From: Candidatus Latescibacterota bacterium | Lineage (GTDB): Bacteria; Latescibacterota; UBA2968 | DNA: 64,000 nt | Assembly: GCA_965208125.1 (NCBI GenBank) | Contig: OZ242320.1 | Span: 608,001-672,000 of the forward strand | Direction of reading: 5' to 3' | In this document: positions 10,695 to 21,031 of the stretch, one piece after another | How the letters are laid out: every line of letters begins with the position of its first letter | Numbering within the stretch: the first letter of the stretch is position 1 | Program-made: the position numbers and the translations under genes | The notes under the pieces: generated by a model | The model's database searches: none | The model's input: the letters and a program-made list of their open reading frames with translations, nothing else | What the model was told of the DNA's origin: nothing

Positions 10695-11669
10695 ATGTCC
10701 AACACCCCCGACATCGCCGTTCAAAATCTCCGAAAAACTTATGAAGTGCCCCAGCGAGAACCCGGATTGGGCGCAGCGATCAAAAGCCTTGTCTCGCGCA
10801 CCACACGCGACGTCGAAGCTGTAAAAAATATCTCCTTTGACGTTGCCCCAGGCGAAATCGTCGGATTCTTGGGACCCAATGGCGCCGGCAAAACCACCAC
10901 CCTCAAAATGCTCTCCGGCTTGCTCCACCCCACAGCCGGCGAAATCTCAGTCATTGGACACACCCCTTATGCGCGCCACAAAAATTTCCTCAACCGCATC
11001 ACCCTCGTCATGGGCCAGCGCAACCAGCTCATGTGGGACATCCCCGTAGCCGATTCTTTTGAACGCAACCGCGCAATCTACCGCATTTCTCACGGCGAAT
11101 ACAACAAAACCCTCGACGAACTCAGCGCCTTACTCGACCTGAGCGATCTGCTTTCCAAACCCGTGCGCAATCTCTCATTGGGCGAACGAATGAAATGCGA
11201 AATCGCCGCAGCCCTGCTCCACCGCCCAAAGATTCTCTTCCTCGACGAACCCACCATTGGCCTCGACGTCACCATGCAGCGCCGCATCCGCGCCTTCCTG
11301 GGCGAATACAACCGCCGCCACAGCGCCACCGTATTGCTCACCTCGCATTACATGGCCGATGTCGAAGCCCTGTGCAAGCGCGTCATTGTCATTCACCACG
11401 GCGAATTGCTCTTTGATGGTGATTTAAATGCCCTTATCGAACGCTTTTCACCTCACAAAACCATAGTAGTTGATCTCGAAACCGAACGCGCCGACCTCTC
11501 TTCCTACGGCGAAGTCGTCACCGCCGAGGGCAACAGCGTAACCCTGCGCGTACCAAAAGCAAAAACCGCCGATGTCACCGGAAAATTGCTCGCCAATCTG
11601 CCCATCATCGACCTCACAGTTGAAGATCCACCCATAGAGGAAGCCATCGAACAGGTGTTTTCAAATTGA
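10695..11669 (+). CDS. ABC transporter ATP-binding protein
   Basis: GPNGAGKTT, LSLGE, LFLDEPT. Confidence 0.92.
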   Translation: MSNTPDIAVQNLRKTYEVPQREPGLGAAIKSLVSRTTRDVEAVKNISFDVAPGEIVGFLGPNGAGKTTTLKMLSGLLHPTAGEISVIGHTPYARHKNFLNRITLVMGQRNQLMWDIPVADSFERNRAIYRISHGEYNKTLDELSALLDLSDLLSKPVRNLSLGERMKCEIAAALLHRPKILFLDEPTIGLDVTMQRRIRAFLGEYNRRHSATVLLTSHYMADVEALCKRVIVIHHGELLFDGDLNALIERFSPHKTIVVDLETERADLSSYGEVVTAEGNSVTLRVPKAKTADVTGKLLANLPIIDLTVEDPPIEEAIEQVFSN

Positions 11670-12469
11670 AACATTATACCACCATCTACTGGGCCTTTTT
11701 CAAGACCTCATTGCTCGAACAATTTCAATATCGCGCCGCCATGGCGATATGGATGATCGGTCGCATACTCGAACCCATCATCTACCTCACCGTATGGACG
11801 ACAGTCGCCCACGCACGCGGAGGCAGCGTGGGATCCTATTCACCTGCCGACTTTGCCGCTTATTACATCGTCCTCATGCTCGTCAACCAATTCACCTTTT
11901 CCTGGATCATGCACATATACGACTTTCGCATTCGCCAGGGCGAACTCTCCAACTTCTTGCTCAAACCCATACACCCCATACACGCCGACATTGCCGAGAA
12001 TATCGCGTACAAAGTCATGACCGCCATCATCATTTTTCCCACGGCAATATTGCTCTTCCTTCTCTTTGACCCCAATCTCGCCTTTCACATACAGATATTC
12101 GCCGTCTTTTTACTCGCATTGGGCATAGCGTTCCTCATGCGATTCTTCATCGAGTGGACCCTCGCCCTCGTCGCCTTTTGGACCACGCGCAACGAAGCTA
12201 TTAATCAGATGTACTTCACACTCGGCCTATTTCTCTCCGGACGCATCGCACCCATCGACCTGCTGCCGGGAGCCATCCAGACCCTTGCCGACGCGCTCCC
12301 CTTTCGCTGGGCGGTTGCATTTCCCGTCGAACTCATGCTCGGTCGCCTTTCGCAAGAACAAATTTGGAACGGATTCACCATGCAAGCCGTTTGGCTGCTC
12401 GCGGGTTTTCTGTTAATCCAACTCACCTGGCGGTTGGGAGTAAAAAAATACTCGGCAGTTGGATCATAG
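11666..12469 (+). CDS. ABC-2 family permease (DUF990-type)
   Basis: Six TM segments, IRQGELS.FLLKP, LSGR..P motif; coupled to the ATPase. Confidence 0.85.
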   Translation: MKHYTTIYWAFFKTSLLEQFQYRAAMAIWMIGRILEPIIYLTVWTTVAHARGGSVGSYSPADFAAYYIVLMLVNQFTFSWIMHIYDFRIRQGELSNFLLKPIHPIHADIAENIAYKVMTAIIIFPTAILLFLLFDPNLAFHIQIFAVFLLALGIAFLMRFFIEWTLALVAFWTTRNEAINQMYFTLGLFLSGRIAPIDLLPGAIQTLADALPFRWAVAFPVELMLGRLSQEQIWNGFTMQAVWLLAGFLLIQLTWRLGVKKYSAVGS

Positions 12470-12480
12470 GTACTTAGTCC

Positions 12481-13266
12481 ATGTACTACTTAAAACTGAT
12501 ATGGACCTTCTTCCGCATTGGCCTGCTCAACGAAATGGCCTATCGCGTGAACTTCTACGTCCAACTCCTGCAATCCCTCCTCAGCCTGGGCACAGCCATC
12601 GCGGGTCTGGCAATCGTATTTTCACACACCGATACCCTCGGCGGATGGCAGGCCGTTGATATCCTCGCACTACTCGGCGTATTTATGTTTGTAGGTGGCG
12701 TGATAGGCATGGTCATATCTCCGAGCATGAGCCAGCTCATGGACGATGTGCTACGAGGCCTATTCGACTACACCCTCACCAAACCGTGCGACGCGCAATT
12801 CCTCGCCAGTATCTCGCAAATCCGCGTATGGCGGCTCACCGATATTCTACTCGGCGCGGGCGTGCTCATCGCCGCGCTGATCTATCGGGGACTCGATATT
12901 GGTCCGCGGGAAGCACTCGCCTTCGCCTTTGTTCTCTGTACCGGGGGCAGCATCATCTACAGCTTCTGGCTCATGCTCGCCACCCTCACCTTCTGGTTCT
13001 TGCGTATCGAAAACATCCTCCACATCTTCCAGAGCATGTACGAAGCCGGCCGCTGGCCCATTGGCATCTACCCCCACTGGCTGCGCTATATCCTCACATT
13101 CCTCGTACCCGTAGCATTTGCCATCACAGTACCCGCGGAAGCACTCTCAGGTCGCCTGACACCCGAAAGCATGATCACATCTGGCCTGCTGTGTATCTTT
13201 CTCATCGCATTCTCGCGCTGGTTCTGGAAACGCGGCCTAAAAAACTACTCCGGCGCATCGGCATAA
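12481..13266 (+). CDS. ABC-2 family permease (DUF990-type)
   Basis: YR.NF, G.FDY.LTKP, GRWP..IYP, C-terminal YSGASA. Confidence 0.85.
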   Translation: MYYLKLIWTFFRIGLLNEMAYRVNFYVQLLQSLLSLGTAIAGLAIVFSHTDTLGGWQAVDILALLGVFMFVGGVIGMVISPSMSQLMDDVLRGLFDYTLTKPCDAQFLASISQIRVWRLTDILLGAGVLIAALIYRGLDIGPREALAFAFVLCTGGSIIYSFWLMLATLTFWFLRIENILHIFQSMYEAGRWPIGIYPHWLRYILTFLVPVAFAITVPAEALSGRLTPESMITSGLLCIFLIAFSRWFWKRGLKNYSGASA

Positions 13267-13279
13267 TAGTCATGCCCGT

Positions 13280-13308
13280 TTGACTTTCCAGATTCTATCG
13301 GCTATTTT
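13280..13308 (+). promoter_or_regulatory. Putative sigma70 promoter
   Basis: TTGACT-17 bp-TATTTT upstream of the AAGGAG RBS of the gene at 13353. Confidence 0.45.
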
Positions 13309-13352
13309 ACCCCTGCTTTCAACACCAGACAATACATATAAGGAGTTACAGA

Positions 13353-15011
13353 ATGGCCTACCAACTTCCCGAACTCGCCGAACCCGAAGCACCTGAAAAG
13401 AACGAAGTCGTACTCATTGCCAACGGCGACCTGCGCTTATCTGCCAACCAGATGTGCTGGCCCGCACAAGAAGCAATGGAAAAAACCATCATAGCCGCAA
13501 TCCAACGCGAAGGATGGAAAGTCCGCCGCGGACATCCCTACAAACAAGACGAAGAACACGGCTTTATCGGATCGCAAAAAGAGGGCATGGCCGTCTTCAA
13601 AAATATTCATCCCGACGCCCCCCTCATCGTAGCCGAAGCCGTCTGGCAATACAGCCACCACGTACTTCACGGACTGATCTCACACCGAGGCCCCATCCTC
13701 ACCCTTGCCAACTGGTCTGGACAGTGGCCCGGCCTCGTCGGCATGCTCAACCTCAACGGCTCCCTCACCAAAGCCGGAGTTGAATACAGCACCCTTTGGA
13801 GCCTGGACTTTACCGACGACTTCTTCAAACGCGGCCTGCGCGAATGGCTCTCCAGCGGCAGCGTCACCCACGACACCTCCCATGTACGCGACGCCAACAC
13901 CTTCCGCCTCTCCGAAGCCGAGGCTCAACTCGGACAGGCGCTGGCAGAACAACTCCAGAGCGAAAAAGCCATTATGGGCGTCTTTGACGAAGGCTGCATG
14001 GGCATGTTCAACGCCATCATCCCCGACCACTTGCTCAATCCCACAGGCGTCTTCAAAGAACGCCTCTCGCAATCTGCTCTCTGGGCAGAAATGCAAACCG
14101 TCACAGATGCAGAAGCCAGGGCTATTCGCGCCTGGCTCGAGGGCAAGGGCCTCACCTTTGTCACCGGCACAAACGCAACTGATGAACTCACCGACGACCA
14201 GATCGCAATGCAATGCAAAATGTACATTGCCGCCGTACGCATAGCCGATGATTTTGGTTGTGCCACCATTGGCATTCAATACCAACAGGGCCTCAAAGAC
14301 CTGTGCCCGGCATCTGATCTGGTCGAAGGCATTCTCAACAACGCAGATCGTCCCCCGGTCAAAGCGCGTGCCAATGGTCAGATCCTCTACGAAGGCGAGG
14401 CACTCCCGCATTTCAACGAAGTCGATGAATGCGCCGGCCTCGACGGCCTGATCACCAACCGCATCTGGAAAGCACTGGGGCAGCCACCCGAAAACACCTT
14501 GCACGACCTGCGCTGGGGCGAACACTACCGGGGAAATGGCATTGACGACTACGTATGGGTCTTCCTCATCTCTGGCGGCGCGCCTCCTGCACATTATATC
14601 GACGGGTACAAAGGCACCTCTTCCGAACGCCAGCCCAGCATGTATTTCCCCCTCGGCGGCGGCACCTGCAAAGGCGTGAGCAAACCCGGCGAAATCGTCT
14701 GGAGCCGCATCTTCGTCCAAAATGACGAACTGCACATGGACATTGGCCGCGGTGGCGTCGTAGAACTCCCACAACCAGAAACCGACCACCGCTGGCGTGC
14801 CACCACGCCGCAGTGGCCCATTATGCACGCCGTCACCTACGGCATCTCCCGCGACCAGATGATGGCGCGCCACAAAGCCAACCACATCCAGGTCGCCTAT
14901 GCCCAATCAGCACAGGCCGCCAACAACGCGCTGGCTGTAAAAATCGCCATGATGCAAGCATTGGGCGTCAAAGTTCATCTGTGTGGCACAAATAACGGAT
15001 TGGTGGATTAA
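13353..15011 (+). CDS. L-fucose/L-arabinose isomerase-like protein
   Basis: [31 protein letters not shown]-terminal NHIQVAY. Confidence 0.75.
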   Translation: MAYQLPELAEPEAPEKNEVVLIANGDLRLSANQMCWPAQEAMEKTIIAAIQREGWKVRRGHPYKQDEEHGFIGSQKEGMAVFKNIHPDAPLIVAEAVWQYSHHVLHGLISHRGPILTLANWSGQWPGLVGMLNLNGSLTKAGVEYSTLWSLDFTDDFFKRGLREWLSSGSVTHDTSHVRDANTFRLSEAEAQLGQALAEQLQSEKAIMGVFDEGCMGMFNAIIPDHLLNPTGVFKERLSQSALWAEMQTVTDAEARAIRAWLEGKGLTFVTGTNATDELTDDQIAMQCKMYIAAVRIADDFGCATIGIQYQQGLKDLCPASDLVEGILNNADRPPVKARANGQILYEGEALPHFNEVDECAGLDGLITNRIWKALGQPPENTLHDLRWGEHYRGNGIDDYVWVFLISGGAPPAHYIDGYKGTSSERQPSMYFPLGGGTCKGVSKPGEIVWSRIFVQNDELHMDIGRGGVVELPQPETDHRWRATTPQWPIMHAVTYGISRDQMMARHKANHIQVAYAQSAQAANNALAVKIAMMQALGVKVHLCGTNNGLVD

Positions 15012-15012
15012 A

Positions 15013-16023
15013 ATGAACCGTGTTCGTATTGGCGTTATCGGCGTGGGCAATATCGCCCGCAACTACCACTTACCCCCTGTACACGCACTCCCAAATGCCG
15101 AACTCGTCGCCGTTGCAGACCTCGACGAATCGCTCAGATTAAGAGCACAGAAACAGTTCGGCTTTCGCGATGCGTACACCGATTACCGTCGCATTTTAGA
15201 CCGCGACGACATTCACGCCATCATGCTCCTCACCCGCGTGAATACACGCACCGAAATCATTCCCGCAGCCCTCGAAGCGGGCAAACACGTCTTCACGCAA
15301 AAGCCCTTTGCACTGACAAATGAAGACGCCGAGTTTCTCGCCCAGGTAGCCAAACGCACGGGCAATCGCCTCGTCTGCAGCTTCATGCATCGCTACTTTC
15401 CACATACCCAGGGGGCGCGTCAAATCCTGCAGGAGGGCAAAATTGGCCGCCTTGAAATGGTGCGCCATCGCAACTGCATCGGCAGTCACTACGACAACGC
15501 CGTCCGCTTGTGGGGCGGCGTCCTCGACATTGGTACACACGGCATAGACGTCATCCGGTATCTCACCGAACAAGACGTCGTCAAAGTTCAGGCCATGATG
15601 GAACCCTATCTCACCAATGCAAACCTGCCGATAGACCCCACCATCAACCGCCCCAATGAAACCGTGGCCATCATGAATTTTGAAATGTCTGGCGGCACCC
15701 TCGTCACCTTTGAAATGCACTGGACCCAACGCGGTGGCGCAGGAGCCTATTATGCCGAACACTACGGCGATGAAGGCTCGGTGTTCATCAAACATCCCGT
15801 TGCGCCAGCACCCCTCATTTACACCCAGGGCCGCAAAGGCGACTGGATCCAACCCGACCTCGAACAACACCCCAAAGGTCACCTGCACCACAAAATCTTC
15901 ATAGACGACATCCTCAACAACACCTGTGAAAGTGCCTCCCCCGAAGACGCCGTGGCCACCGTAAAAATTATCAATGCTGCTTATGAGGCAGCACAAACCG
16001 GAAAAACAATCACCATAGACTAA
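15013..16023 (+). CDS. Gfo/Idh/MocA oxidoreductase
   Basis: GVIGVGNIA, GKHVFTQKP, GG.LDIGTH. Confidence 0.88.
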   Translation: MNRVRIGVIGVGNIARNYHLPPVHALPNAELVAVADLDESLRLRAQKQFGFRDAYTDYRRILDRDDIHAIMLLTRVNTRTEIIPAALEAGKHVFTQKPFALTNEDAEFLAQVAKRTGNRLVCSFMHRYFPHTQGARQILQEGKIGRLEMVRHRNCIGSHYDNAVRLWGGVLDIGTHGIDVIRYLTEQDVVKVQAMMEPYLTNANLPIDPTINRPNETVAIMNFEMSGGTLVTFEMHWTQRGGAGAYYAEHYGDEGSVFIKHPVAPAPLIYTQGRKGDWIQPDLEQHPKGHLHHKIFIDDILNNTCESASPEDAVATVKIINAAYEAAQTGKTITID

Positions 16024-16040
16024 AAAAAGGACATAGTACC

Positions 16041-16985
16041 ATGAGAATCGCGCTCGTCATCCGCCCATTCACAAATGAAAATCTTCAAACCGCGCTTCAA
16101 ATGGGCGTGGAAGATGTTGTAACAGTCTTACCCAATGCTGGTCCCATCTGGGATTATCTCGCCATCTTGCGCCACAAAAAACGCATTGAAGACCAGGGCT
16201 TGCGCTGGTCTGTTGTCGAATCTGTTCCCATCTCAGACAACATCAAACTGGGCCTTGAAGACCGCGACAGTGAAATCGACAACTACTGCCAGACCATCCG
16301 CAACCTCGGCGCAGCGGGCATTCCCGTAATGTGTTACAACTGGATGACCGTCTTTAACTGGATGCGCACCTCGATGACCACCCGCACGCGCGGCAATGCC
16401 CTGACCAGTACCTACGATCACAGCGACATGGAAGACGCGCCCCCCATCACCGACTACGGCGACATCACCGAAGAACGCCTCTGGGAAAACCTCGAATACT
16501 TTCTCAAAAGAGTTATACCCGTTGCCGAAGAAGCCGGCGTCAAACAGGGCCTGCACCCCGACGACCCCCCGCTCTCGCCCATTCGCGGCGTTGCCCGCAT
16601 CATCACCAACCCCGAAGCCTATGACCGCGTCATCTCTTTTATCCCCAGCGAATACAATGGCCTTACCTATTGCCAGGGCAACTTCAAAGCCATGGGTGCC
16701 GACATTCCAGCCACCATACACCACTTCAAAGACCACATCCACTTCGCCCACTTCCGAGACCTTCACGGCCAGGTACCCACCTTCTCCGAATCCTTTCACG
16801 ACGACGGCGACACCGACATGGCAGAAGCCATTCGCGCGTACAAAGCAATCGGATTTAAGGGCGTCGTTCGCCCCGACCACACGCCCACCTTTGCGATAGA
16901 CGAGGAGGATACAGGAGGCTACAACTTCCTCGGACGGCTCTACGCTGTCGGTTACATGCGCGGGCTTATACATGGGACAGACTAA
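16041..16985 (+). CDS. uxuA: Mannonate dehydratase
   Basis: CYNWM, LHPDDPP, GLTYCQGN, FAHFRD, RPDH. Confidence 0.9.
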   Translation: MRIALVIRPFTNENLQTALQMGVEDVVTVLPNAGPIWDYLAILRHKKRIEDQGLRWSVVESVPISDNIKLGLEDRDSEIDNYCQTIRNLGAAGIPVMCYNWMTVFNWMRTSMTTRTRGNALTSTYDHSDMEDAPPITDYGDITEERLWENLEYFLKRVIPVAEEAGVKQGLHPDDPPLSPIRGVARIITNPEAYDRVISFIPSEYNGLTYCQGNFKAMGADIPATIHHFKDHIHFAHFRDLHGQVPTFSESFHDDGDTDMAEAIRAYKAIGFKGVVRPDHTPTFAIDEEDTGGYNFLGRLYAVGYMRGLIHGTD

Positions 16986-16996
16986 AAATCTACAAT

Positions 16997-17030
16997 AAAA
17001 AAAGGCTGCGATCTTACGACCGCAGCCTTT
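16997..17030. terminator. Intrinsic (probably bidirectional) terminator between convergent genes
   Basis: AAAGGCTGCG-ATCTTACGAC-CGCAGCCTTT hairpin with a flanking A-tract. Confidence 0.8.
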
Positions 17031-17052
17031 GGTGTATCTGGTGGGAAGCTTC

Positions 17053-18069
17053 TTAGAAGCCAATGCCAACAGAGACGCGAATGGGATATTCATCAAGTGC
17101 CTCGGCCTTTGAATACGAAACATCCACACCCACACTCTGATCGCCCAACTTCTGGCGCAAGCCAGCACCCACACTCCACGATTCGGAGTCATAACCGGTC
17201 TTGTAACCAGCACGCAACGCCAGCATGCTCTGAACCCATGCTTCTGCACCAAAGTGGTAATGATTGACCCCATCGGTGAAAAACATCTGTTCGACAGCCA
17301 ACGTGAGCGACAGTGGATCGCCCAGATTGCCATAGACTTCTGCTGCTCCCGACAAATTGAACACCATCGGGAAACGCGCTTTCTGACCAATCACGTCCTT
17401 GTCGTTACCCAGGTTGCGAAACGACATACCCAGACGCGTGGAATAGAAACCCGTGTAAAAGAGCGTGCCAAAATCCATGTCAACTGCGGAATAGGACTGC
17501 AAATCCAGGTCTTCTTGAATCCAGCGCAGATTGCCGCCCACACTCAATTTATCGGTCACTTGCTTGGCAACGGTCAGCCCTGCGGCCATGTTGCCCGCTG
17601 TGGCCATGCGCCCCGTGCCACCCGGTTGAGACGACGTGGTCTCTTCAAATTCATCTGTGGTAAAATACGCAAAGTTGACTGCAAAGGTCGCCATATTCGT
17701 CTTGGCACCAATGGCAAACGTCCCCATTGAGGACCCCACAATCCACTTCAGATAAGAGGCTGTCAGCGCGTAGCGCTCGATCTGCGTTGCGCCAGCCGGG
17801 TTGTAAAACACAGCCGACAGATCATTGCCTACTGACGAATACGCATCGCCCATAGCCGCTGAACGCGCATTGCCCGTCAGCTTCAAGAAACCATAAGACG
17901 TCGTGGAAACACGAGCATACCTGATTAGATCCGTTTCAGGTGGAACGCGCTCCCTATCCACGGGAAAAGGCCCTAATGATGCCTGAGTCGGCCGCTCTTC
18001 CTGAGCCTGTGCATACATCGGCAGAGCAAGCGCAACAGCCAGACCCAAGAGCAGTACTTTCTTCAACAT
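17053..18069 (-). CDS. PorV/PorQ-family outer-membrane beta-barrel
   Basis: Signal peptide, FLKL...ARSAAMGDAY, A.FYNPAG, LALRAGY, terminal Phe. Confidence 0.85.
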   Translation of the reverse strand: MLKKVLLLGLAVALALPMYAQAQEERPTQASLGPFPVDRERVPPETDLIRYARVSTTSYGFLKLTGNARSAAMGDAYSSVGNDLSAVFYNPAGATQIERYALTASYLKWIVGSSMGTFAIGAKTNMATFAVNFAYFTTDEFEETTSSQPGGTGRMATAGNMAAGLTVAKQVTDKLSVGGNLRWIQEDLDLQSYSAVDMDFGTLFYTGFYSTRLGMSFRNLGNDKDVIGQKARFPMVFNLSGAAEVYGNLGDPLSLTLAVEQMFFTDGVNHYHFGAEAWVQSMLALRAGYKTGYDSESWSVGAGLRQKLGDQSVGVDVSYSKAEALDEYPIRVSVGIGF

Positions 18070-18105
18070 TGTCTTTCTCCTTTGTTATGTCTGACGCTTC
18101 GCGCC

Positions 18106-20763
18106 TTACTTAATGATCAGGAATGTGCCGGTCTGCGTCTTGCCTTCTGAACCCGGCATCAGAGAGGTGACCTTCCAGAAGTAAATACCCGGGAACATAG
18201 CCTCACCAAAGTTGGAGGGGCGGTTCTCGGCAAGCTGGATATACGTCACTTCACCCTTCAAAGGATCCTGGTTGTAGAATGTCCAGATCCGCTGACCTGT
18301 CACGTCGTAAAGGTCGATCTGGCAGCGACCCGGCAGATTCGTAAACCGCATATTCTGCTGACGGTTATACGTATGCAAATCGCTATCCACCTTAAACGGA
18401 TTGGGAACCACGCGAACCTGTTCTTCGAGGCGATCAAACACCGCCGCACCCGGAACAACGGGAACAATGCCCGTGCGAGAACCATACACAGAACCCAGAG
18501 AGGTGCTCTGCGAGGCTTCCAGGGCATCCACGCTGCCCAAGCCATTCCAATCACCGTGACCAGAGTCATACATACGCACGCTATACCAGTTGGGAAAACC
18601 TGCATTGGTGCCGTTATCGTCAAACAGATACGTGCCCTGAATTTCAGGACCAGCAGCAGGATCGATAGAACCATGCACACCGGGATGGACGAACTGATTG
18701 GTCGTCAGCGGAATACCCACTGGCCAGGAACCGCTCTTAACCGTTGTCCACGTACGAGAAGGTTCATACGAGACACCCGTGGGCAAATTGCCCGAACGCG
18801 CATCCTCGAAAGAAAACTCGGTTACATACTCCCACTCGCCCTGATATTCTACAGACGAGCGATAGATGCGATATCCGCGCAAGTCCTGTGCCTCGGCGCC
18901 AGAATAATCTGGATCCATTGCTTCTTCGCCAAAGGAACTCCACCGAATCTGCGTCTTACCCTGAAGGTTGGAATCCCAGGCCACCTTGGTATTGGGCGGC
19001 TGGTTGGGAAGATCATAACCCCAGTTGTAAAATTGAATGGCATTTTCAAAGTGATCGAACAGCACATCTTCACCCAGGGGAATCTCGGGCTGGCGATCTG
19101 CCAACTTCGTAGGCTCAGACCCCCTGCCACCGTAGTGATTCATCCAGCCCATGTTGAAGGGCTGCGCATATTTTTTGTAATCGGAATACTTGGCGTGATC
19201 AGCCGCCAGACCCGCTACATACGCGATCACCACTTTGGCCTTCTCACCCGGTGCCAGCGTGTAAGGACCATAAGAAACCAGCGTTGAGTAATGCCCAGGC
19301 GCTTCATTCTCAGGCGTATAACCGCCATTGGCTATCGCGTCGTAAATCTGGGCATTGCCCGTAACGTCTGGAGAGGGATATTCAAAGTCATTCTTACCGC
19401 GATAGGCGTGGAAGAGCACCGAAGCGGGCTGCTGCATGCTCTCATCGTGCCCCGTGGCCGGATTGTCGTGTGGTGCCACATACATCTCATTATCCACGCC
19501 GCCATAACGCATAAACGGCGGGAAGGCATCCACAGTGCCCAGGCCAAAATACTGACCGTGCTGAATCATCCCTTCGCGCACCCAGGTCTGCTCGCGGGTA
19601 TAGCGCTCGCGGGCGATAGCATAGCGATAGGGATCGCCCAGATCATTGATCAGATTGGAAATATGATCGGAATCCCCATCGTGGTAATACGTCATAAAAT
19701 GACCGTCATTGGCAAGATCGACACCGCGCTGCAAACCAGCAGACCTGCCCAGGGCAGAGGTGTAATCCGCACGGCTGACGCCGTTGAGATAATTGGCTGC
19801 CAATGTGTTGCGATAATAATCATCGCGCGTGTAGTCGCGCGGACGATTCCACGACGTTGATCGCCAGCCAGAAGCCTGGCCCGCGTGGAAACGGTTGGCA
19901 AAGGTAATATACACACCTTCAACCGTCGCACCCGAATTGTTCACCACTTCGTTGTCAACGACAAAATACTCATCGTGGGCTGTATGCGCCGAAGAAAACC
20001 ACTTGCGCGTCCATTCCAGACCCGTCGCGGTAGAAGCACCTTCTTGAATACCGATCATCTCGGGAAAATCATCTTCGGACAGCGACTCTACCCACGAAGG
20101 CGCACTGTACTGTGGAAGATCTCCAGAACTGATGCGCTGGGCAAAAGACTCAGGGTTATTATACCTTCCAAAACGGAAGTTCCAGACCACAACAGCCCTA
20201 TTCGTCCCGGGCGATGCCGGTGCAACGCCGTGCGCTTCGGGCCACCAGTTGGTTATGCGGTCGGCAACTGTTGAGCCCGCGATATTGGATGCATCGCGAC
20301 CACCATCCTGGCGAATCGCCATTGCCCAGCCGCCGTTTTCTACAACGCCGACATAGGCTTCGGGCATCTTCGTCATATCGTGGGGACGACCAATCAGGTC
20401 GGAAGACGTAATACGCGGACCTGCATACGTACCGTGGGGGTTGCCTCCCGTATTGGAAAGCACCCAGAAGCCTTCACCACCTGTATTCGACTTGGCATTC
20501 CAGCCTTCGCGCTCAGAACCACCCGAATACACTTTGATATTGCGGCCCTGAGGATACGAAAACGAAGACTGTGCCAACTTTGTCTCGTTATCTTTCTTTC
20601 CCGTCATTCCCGGGTTGTGGAGCGTGTGCCCGATCTGACCTCGGGACATCGAGATTCTGGCATTGCCGGGCCACTGAGCCTGAGCCTGTGTGACCAGCCC
20701 CGCCAGGCACATGCCAACTCCGGCGAAAAACCCGGAAGCGTAAAACCATAGCTTTTTGGACAT
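18106..20763 (-). CDS. Large secreted protein with Fn3-like region and T9SS-type C-terminal sorting domain
   Basis: Signal peptide; DLRGYRIYRS; C-terminus VRVVPNPF...MRFTNLP..C.I..Y.V.G...GIYFW.V......GTFLIIK. Confidence 0.75.
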   Translation of the reverse strand: MSKKLWFYASGFFAGVGMCLAGLVTQAQAQWPGNARISMSRGQIGHTLHNPGMTGKKDNETKLAQSSFSYPQGRNIKVYSGGSEREGWNAKSNTGGEGFWVLSNTGGNPHGTYAGPRITSSDLIGRPHDMTKMPEAYVGVVENGGWAMAIRQDGGRDASNIAGSTVADRITNWWPEAHGVAPASPGTNRAVVVWNFRFGRYNNPESFAQRISSGDLPQYSAPSWVESLSEDDFPEMIGIQEGASTATGLEWTRKWFSSAHTAHDEYFVVDNEVVNNSGATVEGVYITFANRFHAGQASGWRSTSWNRPRDYTRDDYYRNTLAANYLNGVSRADYTSALGRSAGLQRGVDLANDGHFMTYYHDGDSDHISNLINDLGDPYRYAIARERYTREQTWVREGMIQHGQYFGLGTVDAFPPFMRYGGVDNEMYVAPHDNPATGHDESMQQPASVLFHAYRGKNDFEYPSPDVTGNAQIYDAIANGGYTPENEAPGHYSTLVSYGPYTLAPGEKAKVVIAYVAGLAADHAKYSDYKKYAQPFNMGWMNHYGGRGSEPTKLADRQPEIPLGEDVLFDHFENAIQFYNWGYDLPNQPPNTKVAWDSNLQGKTQIRWSSFGEEAMDPDYSGAEAQDLRGYRIYRSSVEYQGEWEYVTEFSFEDARSGNLPTGVSYEPSRTWTTVKSGSWPVGIPLTTNQFVHPGVHGSIDPAAGPEIQGTYLFDDNGTNAGFPNWYSVRMYDSGHGDWNGLGSVDALEASQSTSLGSVYGSRTGIVPVVPGAAVFDRLEEQVRVVPNPFKVDSDLHTYNRQQNMRFTNLPGRCQIDLYDVTGQRIWTFYNQDPLKGEVTYIQLAENRPSNFGEAMFPGIYFWKVTSLMPGSEGKTQTGTFLIIK

Positions 20764-20800
20764 GGAAACTGCTCCTCTATGGAGTGATTGATGACATCTT

Positions 20801-20844
20801 TACTACTTGCGATCTACTACTACTTGTACTACTTGCGATCTACT
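20801..20844. repeat. Short direct repeat (TACTACTTGCGATCTACT x2, 26-bp period)
   Basis: Read directly at 20801-20818 and 20827-20844. Confidence 0.85.
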
Positions 20845-20904
20845 GCGTTTCCCCGGCGACTTCAAGCGAAAATATTGACCATCCCCCCTTTCTGCGTGAA
20901 GCCG

Positions 20905-20932
20905 GTAGTGTGCAGGCGCCCCTGCACACTAC
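20905..20932. other. Perfect 12-bp hairpin in the leader of the 18106-20763 gene
   Basis: GTAGTGTGCAGG-CGCC-CCTGCACACTAC. Confidence 0.8.
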
Positions 20933-20952
20933 TCAGGATTCTTTTAATCTAT

Positions 20953-20981
20953 ATTATAACATAAACTAACACCTGGAACAA
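20953..20981 (-). promoter_or_regulatory. Putative internal sigma70 promoter with extended -10
   Basis: Minus strand TTGTTC-17 bp-TATAAT with TGn immediately before the -10. Confidence 0.55.
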
Positions 20982-21031
20982 GAAGTTCCAACTTTTTTAG
21001 AAGGGCGCGAAAAACCGCACCCTTCCGCGAT

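Noticed and set aside
20801-20844. CRISPR array
   Set aside because: Only two 18-nt copies with an 8-nt gap and no cas genes
20784-20969. 61-aa plus-strand ORF, or a Ser-rich minus-strand frame, as a RiPP precursor
   Set aside because: Arises from the tandem repeat; no RBS/start, and the Ser-rich frame is preceded by a stop
21000-21025. Intrinsic terminator after the TonB receptor
   Set aside because: The hairpin is followed by A-rich rather than U-rich sequence on the coding strand; kept only as a structural element
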